From sequence record CP084607.1: 32,000 nucleotides of DNA; one strand, given 5' to 3'. The notes under the pieces were generated by a model. That model worked only from the letters and a program-made list of their open reading frames with translations. It did no database searches and had not been told where the DNA came from. Shown in pieces: positions 10,604 to 20,255 of the stretch; the stretch's first letter is position 1; every line of letters begins with the position of its first letter. Position numbers and translations under genes: made by a program.

Positions 10604-11074
10604 TTAGAAACGGTATTTAGCAAAAGCCTTGTTTGCTTCAGCCATTTTATGAACTTCATCGCGTTTTCTTACCGCTTGGCCTGAATTTTTCGCAGCGTCT
10701 AAAAGTTCGTTTGTTAGCTTAGATGCCATAGGTTTTCCTGTTTTATTTCGACACGCAGCAAGAATCCAACGAATAGCTAATGCAGTTCCTCGCTCAGGAG
10801 CAACTTCTAATGGAACTTGATATGTTGACCCACCAATACGACGAGCTTTTACTTCAACCAAAGGTGTTGAATTTCGAATTGCTTGTTCTAAAACACCTAA
10901 TGGATCTTGCTGTGTAGTCTCGGCCAATTGATTGAGGCTTTCATAACAAATTCGATAGGCTAATGCTTTTTTTCCTTCTCTCATAACTTGTCGAACTAAA
11001 AGTTCCACCAGGCGGCTGTCATATACCGGATCCGGCATTACAATACGTTTTTTTTGAGTGCGTCTACGAGACAT
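10604..11074 (-). CDS. rps7: ribosomal protein S7
   Basis: 156-aa ORF ...[19 protein letters not shown]...[19 protein letters not shown], a canonical S7. Confidence 0.95.
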   Translation of the reverse strand: MSRRRTQKKRIVMPDPVYDSRLVELLVRQVMREGKKALAYRICYESLNQLAETTQQDPLGVLEQAIRNSTPLVEVKARRIGGSTYQVPLEVAPERGTALAIRWILAACRNKTGKPMASKLTNELLDAAKNSGQAVRKRDEVHKMAEANKAFAKYRF

Positions 11075-11099
11075 AACTATTGTTTAATTATTTATTTTT

Positions 11100-11495
<396 letters not shown>

Positions 11496-11585
11496 CTAAA
11501 AATTTTTATCTATCAATTGACATCTTATAAAAGAAAATGTCAGCAGTTACTTTGATTTCGCATTTTTGCGAAATTTAAGCTGGAG

Positions 11586-11655
11586 TTTTTTTCTTTTGCT
11601 CAATCAGGTGCTAAAAAACATGTTTTTTAGCACCTGATTGAGCAAAAGAAAAAAA
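11586..11655 (-). terminator. 3' inverted repeat downstream of psaJ
   Basis: Perfect 70-nt palindrome (35-nt arms, TTTTTTTCTTTTGCTCAATCAGGTGCTAAAAAACA and its complement), starting 10 nt after the psaJ stop. Confidence 0.65.
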
Positions 11656-11664
11656 CAGGTAATT

Positions 11665-11789
11665 TTAAAAAGCAGCAATTAAGGCATCCGGGAAGAATCG
11701 ATTAATCTCAATTAAAAGCCTGCAACTACGGTTAAACTTACTAAAGTTAAAACAGGCGCTGTTGATAAATATGTAGTAAAATCTTTCAT
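11665..11789 (-). CDS. psaJ: photosystem I subunit IX (frame broken as given)
   Basis: Hand-read. ATG at 11789-11787 gives MKDFTTYLSTAPVLTLVSLTVVAGF, then a premature TAA. Adding one nt in the A4 run at 11714-11717 gives ...AGFLIEINRFFPDALIAAF and a stop at 11667-11665, which is a 41-aa PsaJ. Confidence 0.85.
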
Positions 11790-12029
11790 TTAAAAAGTCT
11801 CCCTTTTCTTTTAGATAGTGGTCAAGATTATCACAAAAAAGTGCAGCATTTCCTTAAAAAACAGCTGTTTTTTAAAAAGCGGACGAAAAGGCAATAACTA
11901 AAGACCTCTTGATATGTCGATAAAAATTTTCGAGAAACTATCGCTCTTTTGAATTTTAAAGATTTTTTTCATAGATTAAGACTTGAAAAAATCAATCTCT
12001 TATGTAAACTATCAGAAGCAACAGTTTAT

Positions 12030-12103
12030 CGGGATGTAGCGCAGTTTGGTAGCGCTCCTGTTTTGGGAACAGGAGGTCGCAGGTTCGAATCCTGTCATCC
12101 CGA
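12030..12103 (+). tRNA. trnP-UGG: tRNA-Pro (UGG)
   Basis: Cloverleaf read by hand: acceptor CGGGATG/CATCCCG, D arm GCGC-AGTTTGGTA-GCGC, anticodon arm CCTGT-TTTGGGA-ACAGG (UGG), T arm GCAGG-TTCGAAT-CCTGT, discriminator A. Confidence 0.9.
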
Positions 12104-12176
12104 ACGCCTTTAGTTCAGTTGGTAGAACGCAGGTTTCCAAAACCTGATGTCGTGGGTTCAAGTCCTACAAGGCGTG
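12104..12176 (+). tRNA. trnW-CCA: tRNA-Trp (CCA)
   Basis: Cloverleaf: acceptor ACGCCTT/AAGGCGT, D arm GTTC-AGTTGGTA-GAAC, anticodon arm CAGGT-TTCCAAA-ACCTG (CCA), T arm GTGGG-TTCAAGT-CCTAC, discriminator G. Confidence 0.9.
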
Positions 12177-12434
12177 AAAACTTTTCTTTCTTATATTTTC
12201 TCAAAAAAAATATAACTTTGGTAGTGTTTTATCTTTATTTCACTACTGTGAAAGAATAAACTTCATATTCCTTAAAATTTTTAATGTTTTATGGCCCTTT
12301 TCCTTAAGGAGAATCCTTGAAAAAAAAAATTAAAAAAATGTTAAAATTAGTGTTTTTTTCACCAAAAAAGAAAAAGGAGCCAACGCAAAAACTATAATTT
12401 TTTAAGTCAGTTCCCAAAATCGTCGAGACAACTT

Positions 12435-12555
12435 CCGAAAAGGTTATGCAGAACTTGAAAAATTTATTTTTTCTGTGTTCTTTGAACCTTTCGATGCCTT
12501 TTTTGACATCAAAAAAGACTATAAATTTGTTCGGGATTTTGAGGACCGAATGGGG
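12435..12555. repeat. SDR composite Y+X+Z
   Basis: GGTTATGCAGAACTTGAAAAATTTATTTTTTCTGTGTTCTTTGAACC, then GATGCCTTTTTTGACATCAAAAAAGAC, then GGGATTTTGAGGACCGAATGGGG. Confidence 0.8.
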
Positions 12556-12586
12556 TTTTTCAAGCAACTTATTTGTGAAGCTTAAG

Positions 12587-12895
12587 TTAGTTGGAAGCTA
12601 ATTCATAATTTACAAAAGGCAATAGTCCACCCATTCGTGCGCGCTTTATTGCAGTTGCCATAGCACGTTGCTGTTTTGCTGTTAAACCCGTAGCCCTTCT
12701 AGATAGAATTTTACCTTGTGGACTAATAAACTTACCTAATAGTTTTGTGTTTTTATAATTAATTGTATAACGAGGAGCAGGTTGTGCAAAACTAGATTGC
12801 TGGTTTTGTCCCTTCTTTTGAATCAAAACCGGAACAACTTTCCGTTTTGTCTTAAATGATTTTCCTGTTTTTCGTTTTTGCTGAATTGCAGCCAT
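12587..12895 (-). CDS. rps18: ribosomal protein S18
   Basis: 102-aa ORF with [50 protein letters not shown], an S18 signature. Confidence 0.92.
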   Translation of the reverse strand: MAAIQQKRKTGKSFKTKRKVVPVLIQKKGQNQQSSFAQPAPRYTINYKNTKLLGKFISPQGKILSRRATGLTAKQQRAMATAIKRARMGGLLPFVNYELASN

Positions 12896-12964
12896 TTTTT
12901 ATTTTACCTCCATGAATGTAAAAAGTCGAACTAACACTGTCTTTTTTTAGTTAGAGTTTTGTTC

Positions 12965-13311
12965 TTAATTTTTTACTAATAAAATTAATTGTTCAAAAGA
13001 CTGCTCATCACGAAGAGCAACCTGACTCAAAACCTTTCGATTAAGTTGAATACCCGCTTTTTTTAATCTATGGCGAAATTCAGTATAATTTAGTCCATGT
13101 AAACGGGCAGCAGCATTAAGACGAGTAATCCATAATCCACAAAATTCACGTTTTTTTGGTGTCGATCACGATATGAATAGCTTAAAGCTTTCATAGTTTG
13201 TTGTTGGGCTGTTCTAAATAACTTAGACGATGAACCACGAAACCCACTTGCCAAGTTTAACACTTGTTTTCTACGTTTTCGAGCGATATTGCCTCGCTTT
13301 ACTCGAGTCAT
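12965..13311 (-). CDS. rpl20: ribosomal protein L20 (frame broken as given)
   Basis: ATG at 13311 gives [53 protein letters not shown], then loses the L20 sequence. Adding one nt in the T7 run at 13151-13157 gives [62 protein letters not shown], with a stop at 12967-12965 (115 aa). Confidence 0.9.
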
Positions 13312-13622
13312 AATTAACAATCCTTTTTTAATAAAAATTTAAGTATAAAATAATTTGAACTTTAACAAAAAATCTATAACCTCTTTAAATTTGTTTTATT
13401 TGAAAAACTAACATTCTCAGGTTGCTTCTGGTGCCTTTTTTCACCTCAAAAAAGCACCAATTTTCTCAAATTTTTTGAAAAAGAACTTTTTTTCTTATTG
13501 TTTTGTATTGTTTCCGGCTTTTTCAGTAAGGTTATTTAATCTTAAAAACTTTATCTGAAAAGTTTATTTTGATAATTTTTTTCCTTTTTGACTGATTAAA
13601 AGATGAGATAAAAAACTCTCTG

Positions 13623-13645
13623 AAAAAAAAAAAAAAAAAAAAAAA
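13623..13645. repeat. A23 homopolymer
   Basis: An uninterrupted run of 23 A in the rpl20-trnE spacer. Confidence 0.9.
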
Positions 13646-13806
13646 GCGAAAACCGGATCAGCTCTTTTTCTAAACTAATTTATGTTTTTTTGTTTTACTC
13701 TTTGATCTTAATAAAATTAACTATAGAAAGCCAAAAAAACTTCATCTCAAAAATAAAGAGAATGGACGAAATTTTGAACTTTTTACGTAATCTATATTTT
13801 TGAGTT

Positions 13807-13857
13807 GAACCTGTTGACTTTTTTTATTTGTTTGATTCAAAAAAAGTCAACAGGTTC
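13807..13857 (-). terminator. inverted repeat downstream of trnE
   Basis: 19-nt perfect arms GAACCTGTTGACTTTTTTT / AAAAAAAGTCAACAGGTTC with a 13-nt loop. Confidence 0.5.
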
Positions 13858-13907
13858 CGTTTAGATTAAAATTTAATTTTATTTTAGTGTGTTCTAAAAA
13901 ATTTGTC

Positions 13908-13980
13908 TACCCCCAGGGGAATTCGAATCCCCGTTTCCTCCGTGAAAGGGAGATGTCCTAGGCCTCTAGACGATGGGGGC
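13908..13980 (-). tRNA. trnE-UUC: tRNA-Glu (UUC)
   Basis: The reverse complement is GCCCCCATCGTCTAGAGGCCTAGGACATCTCCCTTTCACGGAGGAAACGGGGATTCGAATTCCCCTGGGGGTA. The anticodon loop CTTTCAC gives UUC. Confidence 0.92.
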
Positions 13981-14148
13981 TCCTCGGTCTTATTTAATTA
14001 TTTTGCTGCCCTTTTTACATCAAAAAGGCAATAAAACTACTCCAAATTTCATTGACCAGCACCAACTTTAACCGATATTTTAAAAAAAGTTATCACTTTT
14101 GTCAAGGAATCTCCGGCAATGCCTTAAACCAAAATTCTTTTTGGTTTA

Positions 14149-14222
14149 GAGCGGAGGTAGGATTCGAACCCACGGCCTTAAGGTTATGAGCCTTACGAGC
14201 TACCAGACTGCTCTACTCCGCT
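14149..14222 (-). tRNA. trnfM-CAU: tRNA-Met (CAU), initiator type
   Basis: The reverse complement is AGCGGAGTAGAGCAGTCTGGTAGCTCGTAAGGCTCATAACCTTAAGGCCGTGGGTTCGAATCCTACCTCCGCT. The anticodon loop CTCATAA gives CAU. The D stem GAGC/GCTC has A11:U24 and the body is close to plastid trnfM. The exact ends are uncertain by 1 nt. Confidence 0.8.
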
Positions 14223-14500
14223 TTATAAATTCTATAAGAATTATACGCAATCCAATTTAAATTGTCAATAGATACTGAAATGTTTTTTAATTGGCTTTTC
14301 AATTGGTTTTTTTAGGTGTTAATACAATTATACTTATGTTTCTTTCTGTCCCTATTGCATTGCGGTGAACTTTTTGTTAAAATCTACAAAAAAAAAGGTC
14401 AAACTCCAATTAATAGTTTCTTTGGTACATGAAGTAATTATTGAAATCAGAATGTTTTTGGTTCAGTTTCAATTTCCTTGTTGTTTAAATTTCAGGCTAT

Positions 14501-14572
14501 GCGGGTATAGCTCAGTGGTAGAGCGGCACCTTGCCAAGGTGCATGTCGCGCGTTCGACTCGCGTTACCCGCT
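14501..14572 (+). tRNA. trnG-GCC: tRNA-Gly (GCC)
   Basis: Acceptor GCGGGTA/TACCCGC, anticodon arm GCACC-TTGCCAA-GGTGC (GCC), T arm GCGCG-TTCGACT-CGCGT. Confidence 0.9.
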
Positions 14573-14637
14573 TAGGATGTTTTTTGCAGAGAAGGTACTA
14601 TAAACTTTCTTTGATGTAAAAACATGGATAAAGAAAT

Positions 14638-14723
14638 GGAAAGGTGGCAGAGCGGTTGAATGCATCGGTTTTGAAAACCGACGTAGTTGAGAGACTACCG
14701 GGGGTTCGAATCCCCCCTTTCCG
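14638..14723 (+). tRNA. trnS-UGA: tRNA-Ser (UGA), class II with a long variable arm
   Basis: Sequence GGAAAGGTGGCAGAGCGGTTGAATGC, anticodon arm TCGGT-TTTGAAA-ACCGA (UGA), long variable arm, T loop TTCGAAT. The C6 run at 12-17 of 147xx is one C short of what a 5-bp T stem plus the CCTTTCC acceptor strand require. Confidence 0.82.
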
Positions 14724-15200
14724 GTGTTTTAGCAAAAAACAAATTTGCTTTTTTTTTATCGTAACCTATTTTGTATTTTTTTAAGGTTTTGTAAAAGAAA
14801 ACAGCTTTTTCTAATTCTTTTAAAAACTTTTTTCTTTTTTTTTTTCTTTTACGCTACAATAGTTAAGAGAAAGAATAAAAACTTTTCTTGATAAAATCTT
14901 TACCGTTTTGCAACTGTTCTTGAAATTTACAAATTTCAACAAGCGGATCTAAAATTTAGTAGACTAGGTTTTACAATAAACTCAAACAATAAAATTTTAC
15001 TATTCTTTCGGCGTCTTTTTTGATGTCAAAAAGGCAATAAAACTACAGTTTTTTTTAGTCAATTGGAGAGATTATGAAGAACCTGAAAAAAATTTATTTT
15101 TTTTCAAGGACACAAATTAACGCTAACCAAGGGTTTATCAAGAAAAATAATAAAAAACACAAGTGCAAAACACTTATTTAGAGTAAGGAGTAAATTTTGA

Positions 15201-15303
15201 ATGGAAGTTAATATCCTTCGTAATTGCAACAGCTTTATTTATCATCATCCCAACATCCTTTCTTTTAATTCTTTACGTAAAAACAGCAAGTCAAGAACAA
15301 TAA
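15201..15303 (+). CDS. psbM: photosystem II protein M (frame broken as given)
   Basis: Hand-read. ATG at 15201 gives MEVNIL, and after a frame break near 15216-15221 comes [27 protein letters not shown] with TAA at 15301-15303. The span is 103 nt, which is one nt too many or two too few for a 33- or 34-aa PsbM. Confidence 0.85.
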
Positions 15304-15329
15304 AATTAATTTAATAAAAAAGTAAACTA

Positions 15330-15356
15330 GGTTCCAAAAATTGGAACCAATTTTTG
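15330..15356. repeat. SDR family W copy
   Basis: Identical 27-mer to 561-587. Confidence 0.85.
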
Positions 15357-15408
15357 GAAAAGGTTCTTTTTTTGGGTTTTGTTTATTTTAGTATTCCCTT
15401 GATATAAG

Positions 15409-15433
15409 GTTCCGAAAACATTGTTTTCGGAAC
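15409..15433 (+). terminator. short stem-loop downstream of psbM
   Basis: GTTCCGAAAAC-att-GTTTTCGGAAC (11-bp stem). Confidence 0.4.
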
Positions 15434-15722
15434 TTTTAATTAATCTGACAGAAAAATAGTTTGTGGAATTATTCTGGACGGAAAGTACTTTAAAATGACT
15501 AAAAACTAGTCAACATGTTATTGAAAATTACATAGCAGGCAAGTTATAAATAAAGAAAATTTTTATACTATAAAGTTTTTTAAGAAAGCCCACCTCTTTC
15601 CTCAAAATTGTGGACAATTTTGAGGACCAAAAAGTGTTTCTATTAATTCTTTTTCAAAAAGTCTCGGACTTTTTGAAACCTACTTGGAAATTTTTTTAAC
15701 TCAAAAAAATTTTTGTTATCTT

Positions 15723-15803
15723 TGGGCCGAGCTGGATTTGAACCAGCGTAGGCAAGCCAATGGATTTACAATCCACCCCCATTAACCACTCGGGCATCGA
15801 CCC
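15723..15803 (-). tRNA. trnY-GUA: tRNA-Tyr (GUA)
   Basis: The reverse complement is GGGTCGATGCCCGAGTGGTTAATGGGGGTGGATTGTAAATCCATTGGCTTGCCTACGCTGGTTCAAATCCAGCTCGGCCCA. The anticodon loop TTGTAAA gives GUA, with a long variable arm. Confidence 0.9.
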
Positions 15804-16126
15804 CAAACTAAATCCTATTGAACCTAAAAGTATTCACTAAAAAGTTTGTTTTTTTAAGAAGTTTAGTATCTACTAACAGTTTACTAAAAGCATCTAAAAA
15901 AAACAATAAGTAACACTATGAAACAATTCAGTTGTTTTTCAGTTAACCCTTGAAAAATGTAATTTTTCTGCGTTCTTTGAACCTTTTCAGTTGAAAAAAA
16001 TTTCTCTCTATAGAAAAAAACGAAAGCATATCAACAACACAAAAAGAAGCATCATAGCTATGGCCTCTGTGTGGCTTGATTGTTTATACTTTAACTTTAA
16101 TGAAAAACACGAAATATTTTTTATTT

Positions 16127-16446
16127 TGGGGATAGAGAGACTTGAACTCTCACGGTTCAATGAACCAACGGATTTTCAGTATAAGAAACTGGACTCTCTC
16201 TTTATCCTCAACTGAACTTAAAAAAAACTAAGCTCATTGTTAGGATAGCCCCCATCGAGTCTCTGCACCTCTTAAATCTTTAGAATTTAAGTTGACTCAG
16301 GATTGCTTTTAAAGTTTATTAAAAGTTTCCCTGAATTTGAGAGCATTCACTTTAAAAGTTTCCTTTTAAAGGCCCAAAACAGTTATTTATTTTGATTGGT
16401 TCTGTACCTTTAAGTCCGTTGCGTCTACCGATTCCGCCATATCCCC
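16127..16446 (-). tRNA. trnL-UAA: tRNA-Leu (UAA), interrupted by a group I intron
   Basis: 5' exon 16446-16412 is GGGGATATGGCGGAATCGGTAGACGCAACGGACTT. 3' exon 16176-16127 is AAAATCCGTTGGTTCATTGAACCGTGAGAGTTCAAGTCTCTCTATCCCCA. Joined, they give the anticodon loop CT-TAA-AA. Confidence 0.93.
16177..16411 (-). ncRNA. group I intron in the trnL(UAA) anticodon (between U34 and A35)
   Basis: 235 nt with no ORF. The last intron nt is G, and the preceding exon nt is U. It contains the conserved trnL-intron core segments GCAATCCTGAGTCAA (rc of 16291-16305) and GAGGTGCAGAGACTCGATGGG (rc of 16250-16271). Confidence 0.9.
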
Positions 16447-16617
16447 GACTTTTTATGGTAGTTTGAACTTTATTTTACTAAAAAGTGAAAAAAAAAACAT
16501 AATTGTTTACTTTTTCGTGTTTTATTGTACGTGTTTTTTCTAATAGGTAAAGCTTGAATTTAACCTTTAAAATTTTTTTCATAGTTTTTCCGAGAATCTT
16601 CATTTTTGGGCTAAAAT

Positions 16618-16649
16618 CTTTTCTCTTCACTCTAAAGTGAAGAGAAAAG
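16618..16649 (-). terminator. 3' stem-loop downstream of psbH
   Basis: CTTTTCTCTTCACT-ctaa-AGTGAAGAGAAAAG (14-bp perfect stem), 40 nt after the psbH stop. Confidence 0.6.
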
Positions 16650-16688
16650 GTCCATTGAAAAAAAATCGGAAAAAATTAGTTAAATTTT

Positions 16689-16931
16689 TTATTTAGCTAA
16701 AGATTCCCAGCTCATTGTAACATCATCAAGAAGAACTGAACTATTGTAAATTTCTAAAATAATTACAAGGAAAACAGCAAATAATGCCATAAAGACTCCC
16801 ATTAATACAGTAGTTCCCCAGCCAGGTGCCACTTTTCCATATTCAGAGTTTAATGGTTTAAGCAGAGTTCCTAACGGAGTAGAAATTCCAGTGTCGTCAG
16901 ATTTTACTTTGGATGTAGTTCCAGTTGCCAT
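16689..16931 (-). CDS. psbH: photosystem II phosphoprotein H
   Basis: ATG at 16931 gives [70 protein letters not shown]..., an 80-aa PsbH. The track's 39-codon upstream extension is not PsbH-like. Confidence 0.92.
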   Translation of the reverse strand: MATGTTSKVKSDDTGISTPLGTLLKPLNSEYGKVAPGWGTTVLMGVFMALFAVFLVIILEIYNSSVLLDDVTMSWESLAK

Positions 16932-17470
16932 AATTTTTACCGTGATACAGTTTTTTTTACTTTCTGTAATTAAAAACCAACAACAAAATCCTTTCTTTTC
17001 TAGGTCTCTGAGTTTTTTAAGAATCAAAAAGAGATAGAAAGGTCTCAATATTTGAATGGATTATATTTCCATACCTCGGCTCTAAACTTCCTTTTTCGTA
17101 TCAAAAAGATAATCATTAAATTTAATCGAAAGGTTCTTTTTCCAAAAATCTTTATTTTATTTTTGGAACCAACCATGAAAATGATATTTTTCAAGGAAAA
17201 CCTTTGAATGTTTTTCAAAAAAAAAATTTTAGAACTCGAGTTTTTGTTCCTGGTTTTTAAATCTTTGAAGACTTTTATATACTTCTATTATATAGTAAGT
17301 TTAAAATGAGATAAAACTTTTAGCTACTTTTCTGGTTAAAGTTATTAATTCATAACATAATATGTTTTACTAAAAGCAAGGAAAAAAATTTTTATAAAAT
17401 GAAATCAAAAACTCGATTTCAAAATTAAAAAATAGTTTTTTATTGTTTATTTAGATTTTTTAAAATAAAA

Positions 17471-17515
17471 GGTTCTTTTCCTTTAAAAAAATTGATTTTT
17501 TAAAGGAAAAGAACC
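17471..17515. repeat. palindrome in the psbH/psbN divergent spacer
   Basis: GGTTCTTTTCCTTTAAAAAA-attga-TTTTTTAAAGGAAAAGAACC. Confidence 0.6.
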
Positions 17516-17601
17516 AAAAATTTCTCAACATTTTTGGGACCAACTTTTTGCCTTTTTTGAGGTCAAAAAAGCACCAAAATAATTTTTTTTAAAGAACGAT
17601 T

Positions 17602-17737
17602 ATGGAAAGTCCAGCTTTTTTTCTTTACCATTTTTTTATGGTGTCTATTATTAAGTATTACTGGTTATTCAATTTATGTTGGATTTGGTCCACCATCACA
17701 ACAACTTCGTGACCCATTTGAAGAACATGAAGATTAA
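17602..17737 (+). CDS. psbN: photosystem II protein N (frame broken as given)
   Basis: Hand-read. ATG at 17602 gives MESPAFF.. and, in the -1 register, [37 protein letters not shown] with TAA at 17735-17737. Removing one T from the T7 run at 17616-17622 gives a 44-aa PsbN. Confidence 0.85.
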
Positions 17738-18170
17738 TTCTCTTTCAGAATTAAACTATTAGAGATTTTTACCTATAAACTGGCTCCTTTTTGCTTTTTA
17801 AAGATGATATTTCGGAACGTCTAAGAATCTTATCCTTGAAAAACTTGATTTTTCGTAGTTCTTTGAACCATGAAAAAGAGGAGCAAGTGGAGGTTCTCTC
17901 AACGACAGTGGAGGGTAGAACTTTCTGGAAATCTCTTTTTCTTTTTAAATTACAATTTAATATAAGTTTTAATGAATTAAAGTTTTTGTGTTTTTTGTTT
18001 TGATTCTAAAAATGTTAGTTTTCTTTTTTTAATTTTGCTTTAATTTTTCATAGTTTTAGAGTATACTAAACAGTAGATCTTTAGTTTTATTCTATAAAGA
18101 AACTTAAGAAGGTTATTCTAAGATTTTAATTTATAAGTACTAAAAAATTTTCATTATATAACATATATAT

Positions 18171-18775
18171 ATGCCAATCGGTGTTCCTAAAGTCCCATTT
18201 CGTTTGCCCGTGAACCTGCAGCACAATGGGTTGATTTATATAATCGTTTATATCGAGAACGTGTTTTATTTCTTTGCCAAGAATTAGATGATGAGTTAGC
18301 AAATCAACTCATCGGTATTATGCTGTACTTAAACGCGGAAGAACAAAATAAAGGTCTTTATATTTATATTAATTCTCCAGGTGGGTCAGTAACATGTGGA
18401 ATTGCTGTTTATGATGCAATGAATTATATCAAATCTGAAGTAACGACCATTTGCGTTGGAACAGCAGCTTCGATGGCTTCCTTTATTTTAGCAGGCGGTG
18501 ATCGTGGAAAACGGATTGCGTTACCTCATTCCCGAATTATGATTCACCAACCAGAAGGCGGAAGCCAAGGTCAAGCTTCGGAGGTTCTATCAGAATCCGA
18601 AGAAGTTATGCGGATTAGACGTCAAGTAGGTCGAATTTATGCGGAACGAACAGGCCAAAGTCTTAGCCGTATTTCGCGTGATATGGACCGAGATCAATTT
18701 CTTTCAGCTCGAGAAGCAAAAGACTACGGTCTTGTTGATCAAGTCGCAGTTGATACAAAATGGTCTACAAATTAA
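18171..18775 (+). CDS. clpP: ATP-dependent Clp protease proteolytic subunit (frame broken near the N-terminus as given)
   Basis: ATG at 18171 gives [13 protein letters not shown], then goes out of frame. Adding one G at 18210 gives [61 protein letters not shown]...MIHQPEGG... (track ORF 18320..18775). The result is a 201-aa ClpP with the Ser-His-Asp context. Confidence 0.92.
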
Positions 18776-18945
18776 AAACCTTTTTTCAGCCTAATTGTGG
18801 TCTAATTAGTTTTCATGTTTTGACTTTTCTTTGTAACCCTTAGTTACAAAAAGGGGTTTCGTTGTCTTTTTGCAAGCAAAAAAGACACCAAATTTAGTAA
18901 ATTTACTAAATTTTAGAAAAAGAACGTGTTAAATTAAATTTTTTT

Positions 18946-19593
18946 ATGGGTAAAGTATACGATTGGTTTGAAGAACGTCTCGAAATTCAAGCCATTGCTG
19001 ATGATATTTCAAGTAAATACGTTCCACCACATGTAAACATCTTTTACTGTATTGGTGGTATTACTTTTACATGTTTTTTAGTTCAAGTAGCAACGGGATT
19101 TGCGATGACTTTTTATTACCGACCAACAGTGGCTGAAGCTTTCGCTTCAGTAGAGTACATTATGACTGAGGTAAACTTTGGTTGGTTAATTCGATCTATT
19201 CATCGTTGGTCTGCAAGTATGATGGTTCTTATGATGATTCTTCATGTTTGCCGCGTTTATTTAACTGGCGGTTTTAAGAAACCACGCGAGCTTACTTGGG
19301 TAACTGGTGTAATTATGGCTGTTTGTACCGTTTCATTTGGTGTAACTGGATACTCATTACCGTGGGACCAAATTGGATACTGGGCCGTAAAGATTGTAAC
19401 AGGAGTTCCAGATGCAATTCCTGGTGTTGGGCCTGCTTTAGTTGAACTGTTACGTGGTGGCGTTGGTGTAGGTCAAGCAACTTTAACACGTTTCTATAGT
19501 CTACATACGTTTGTTCTACCACTTTTAACTGCAGTTTTCATGCTTATGCACTTCTTAATGATTCGTAAACAAGGTATTTCTGGACCACTGTAA
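18946..19593 (+). CDS. petB: cytochrome b6
   Basis: Intact, intron-less 215-aa [38 protein letters not shown]... Confidence 0.97.
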   Translation: MGKVYDWFEERLEIQAIADDISSKYVPPHVNIFYCIGGITFTCFLVQVATGFAMTFYYRPTVAEAFASVEYIMTEVNFGWLIRSIHRWSASMMVLMMILHVCRVYLTGGFKKPRELTWVTGVIMAVCTVSFGVTGYSLPWDQIGYWAVKIVTGVPDAIPGVGPALVELLRGGVGVGQATLTRFYSLHTFVLPLLTAVFMLMHFLMIRKQGISGPL

Positions 19594-19677
19594 ACGAAAA
19601 AAAAAAAAGGAAAAATTCATTACTTGAAAAACAGAAAAATTTTTTCAAAAAAAAAGTTCAATCAATGGAGATTTTTT

Positions 19678-20160
19678 ATGGCAGTTACTAAAAAACCAGA
19701 CTTATCAGATCCTGTATTACGCGCAAAACTAGCCAAAGGTATGGGCCATAACTATTATGGTGAACCTGCTTGGCCTAATGATTTACTTTACATTTTCCCA
19801 GTAGTAATTTTTGGTACTTTTGCTAGTGTTATTGGTTTATCCGTTTTAGACCCTGCAGCAATTGGTGAGCCAGCAAATCCATTTGCTACACCATTAGAGA
19901 TTTTACCAGAATGGTATTTCTATCCGGTTTTCCAAATTTTACGTGTTGTTCCTAATAAACTTCTCGGAGTTCTTTTAATGGCTGCGGTTCCTGCAGGCTT
20001 AATTACTGTACCTTTTATTGAAAACATTAATAAATTTCAAAACCCATTTCGTCGTCCAGTGGCTACAACTGTGTTTTTAATCGGTACAGTTGTTGCTATT
20101 TGGTTAGGAATTGGAGCAGCTTTACCTATTGATATCTCACTAACTTTAGGTTTATTCTAA
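19678..20160 (+). CDS. petD: cytochrome b6/f complex subunit IV
   Basis: ATG at 19678 gives [43 protein letters not shown]... (160 aa). The track's upstream extension from 19624 is not conserved-looking. Confidence 0.95.
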   Translation: MAVTKKPDLSDPVLRAKLAKGMGHNYYGEPAWPNDLLYIFPVVIFGTFASVIGLSVLDPAAIGEPANPFATPLEILPEWYFYPVFQILRVVPNKLLGVLLMAAVPAGLITVPFIENINKFQNPFRRPVATTVFLIGTVVAIWLGIGAALPIDISLTLGLF

Positions 20161-20171
20161 TCAGTCTTTAG

Positions 20172-20255
20172 TGCAATTTTTATTTTTTTACTAGCTTTTT
20201 TACCCCGAAAAGCTTTTTCGGGGTAAAAAAGCTAGTAAAAAAAATAAAAATTGCA
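20172..20255 (+). terminator. 3' inverted repeat downstream of petD
   Basis: Stem of about 40 bp, TGCAATTTTTATTTTTTTACTAGCTTTTTTACCCCGAAAA / TTTTCGGGGTAAAAAAGCTAGTAAAAAAAATAAAAATTGCA, with a single T7/A8 length mismatch. It begins 12 nt after the petD stop. Confidence 0.65.

Noticed and set aside
12905-12964. A possible stem-loop or small gene between rps18 and rpl20, and possible small genes (petG, petL, psbI, psbK, rpl32 and the like) in the long spacers 6557-7551, 13321-13907, 14730-15200, 17049-17601 and 20257-21056.
   Set aside because: Only weak, imperfect pairing was found at 12905-12964. Hand scanning of both strands in the long spacers found no ATG-initiated hydrophobic mini-ORF that resembles a known small plastid protein.
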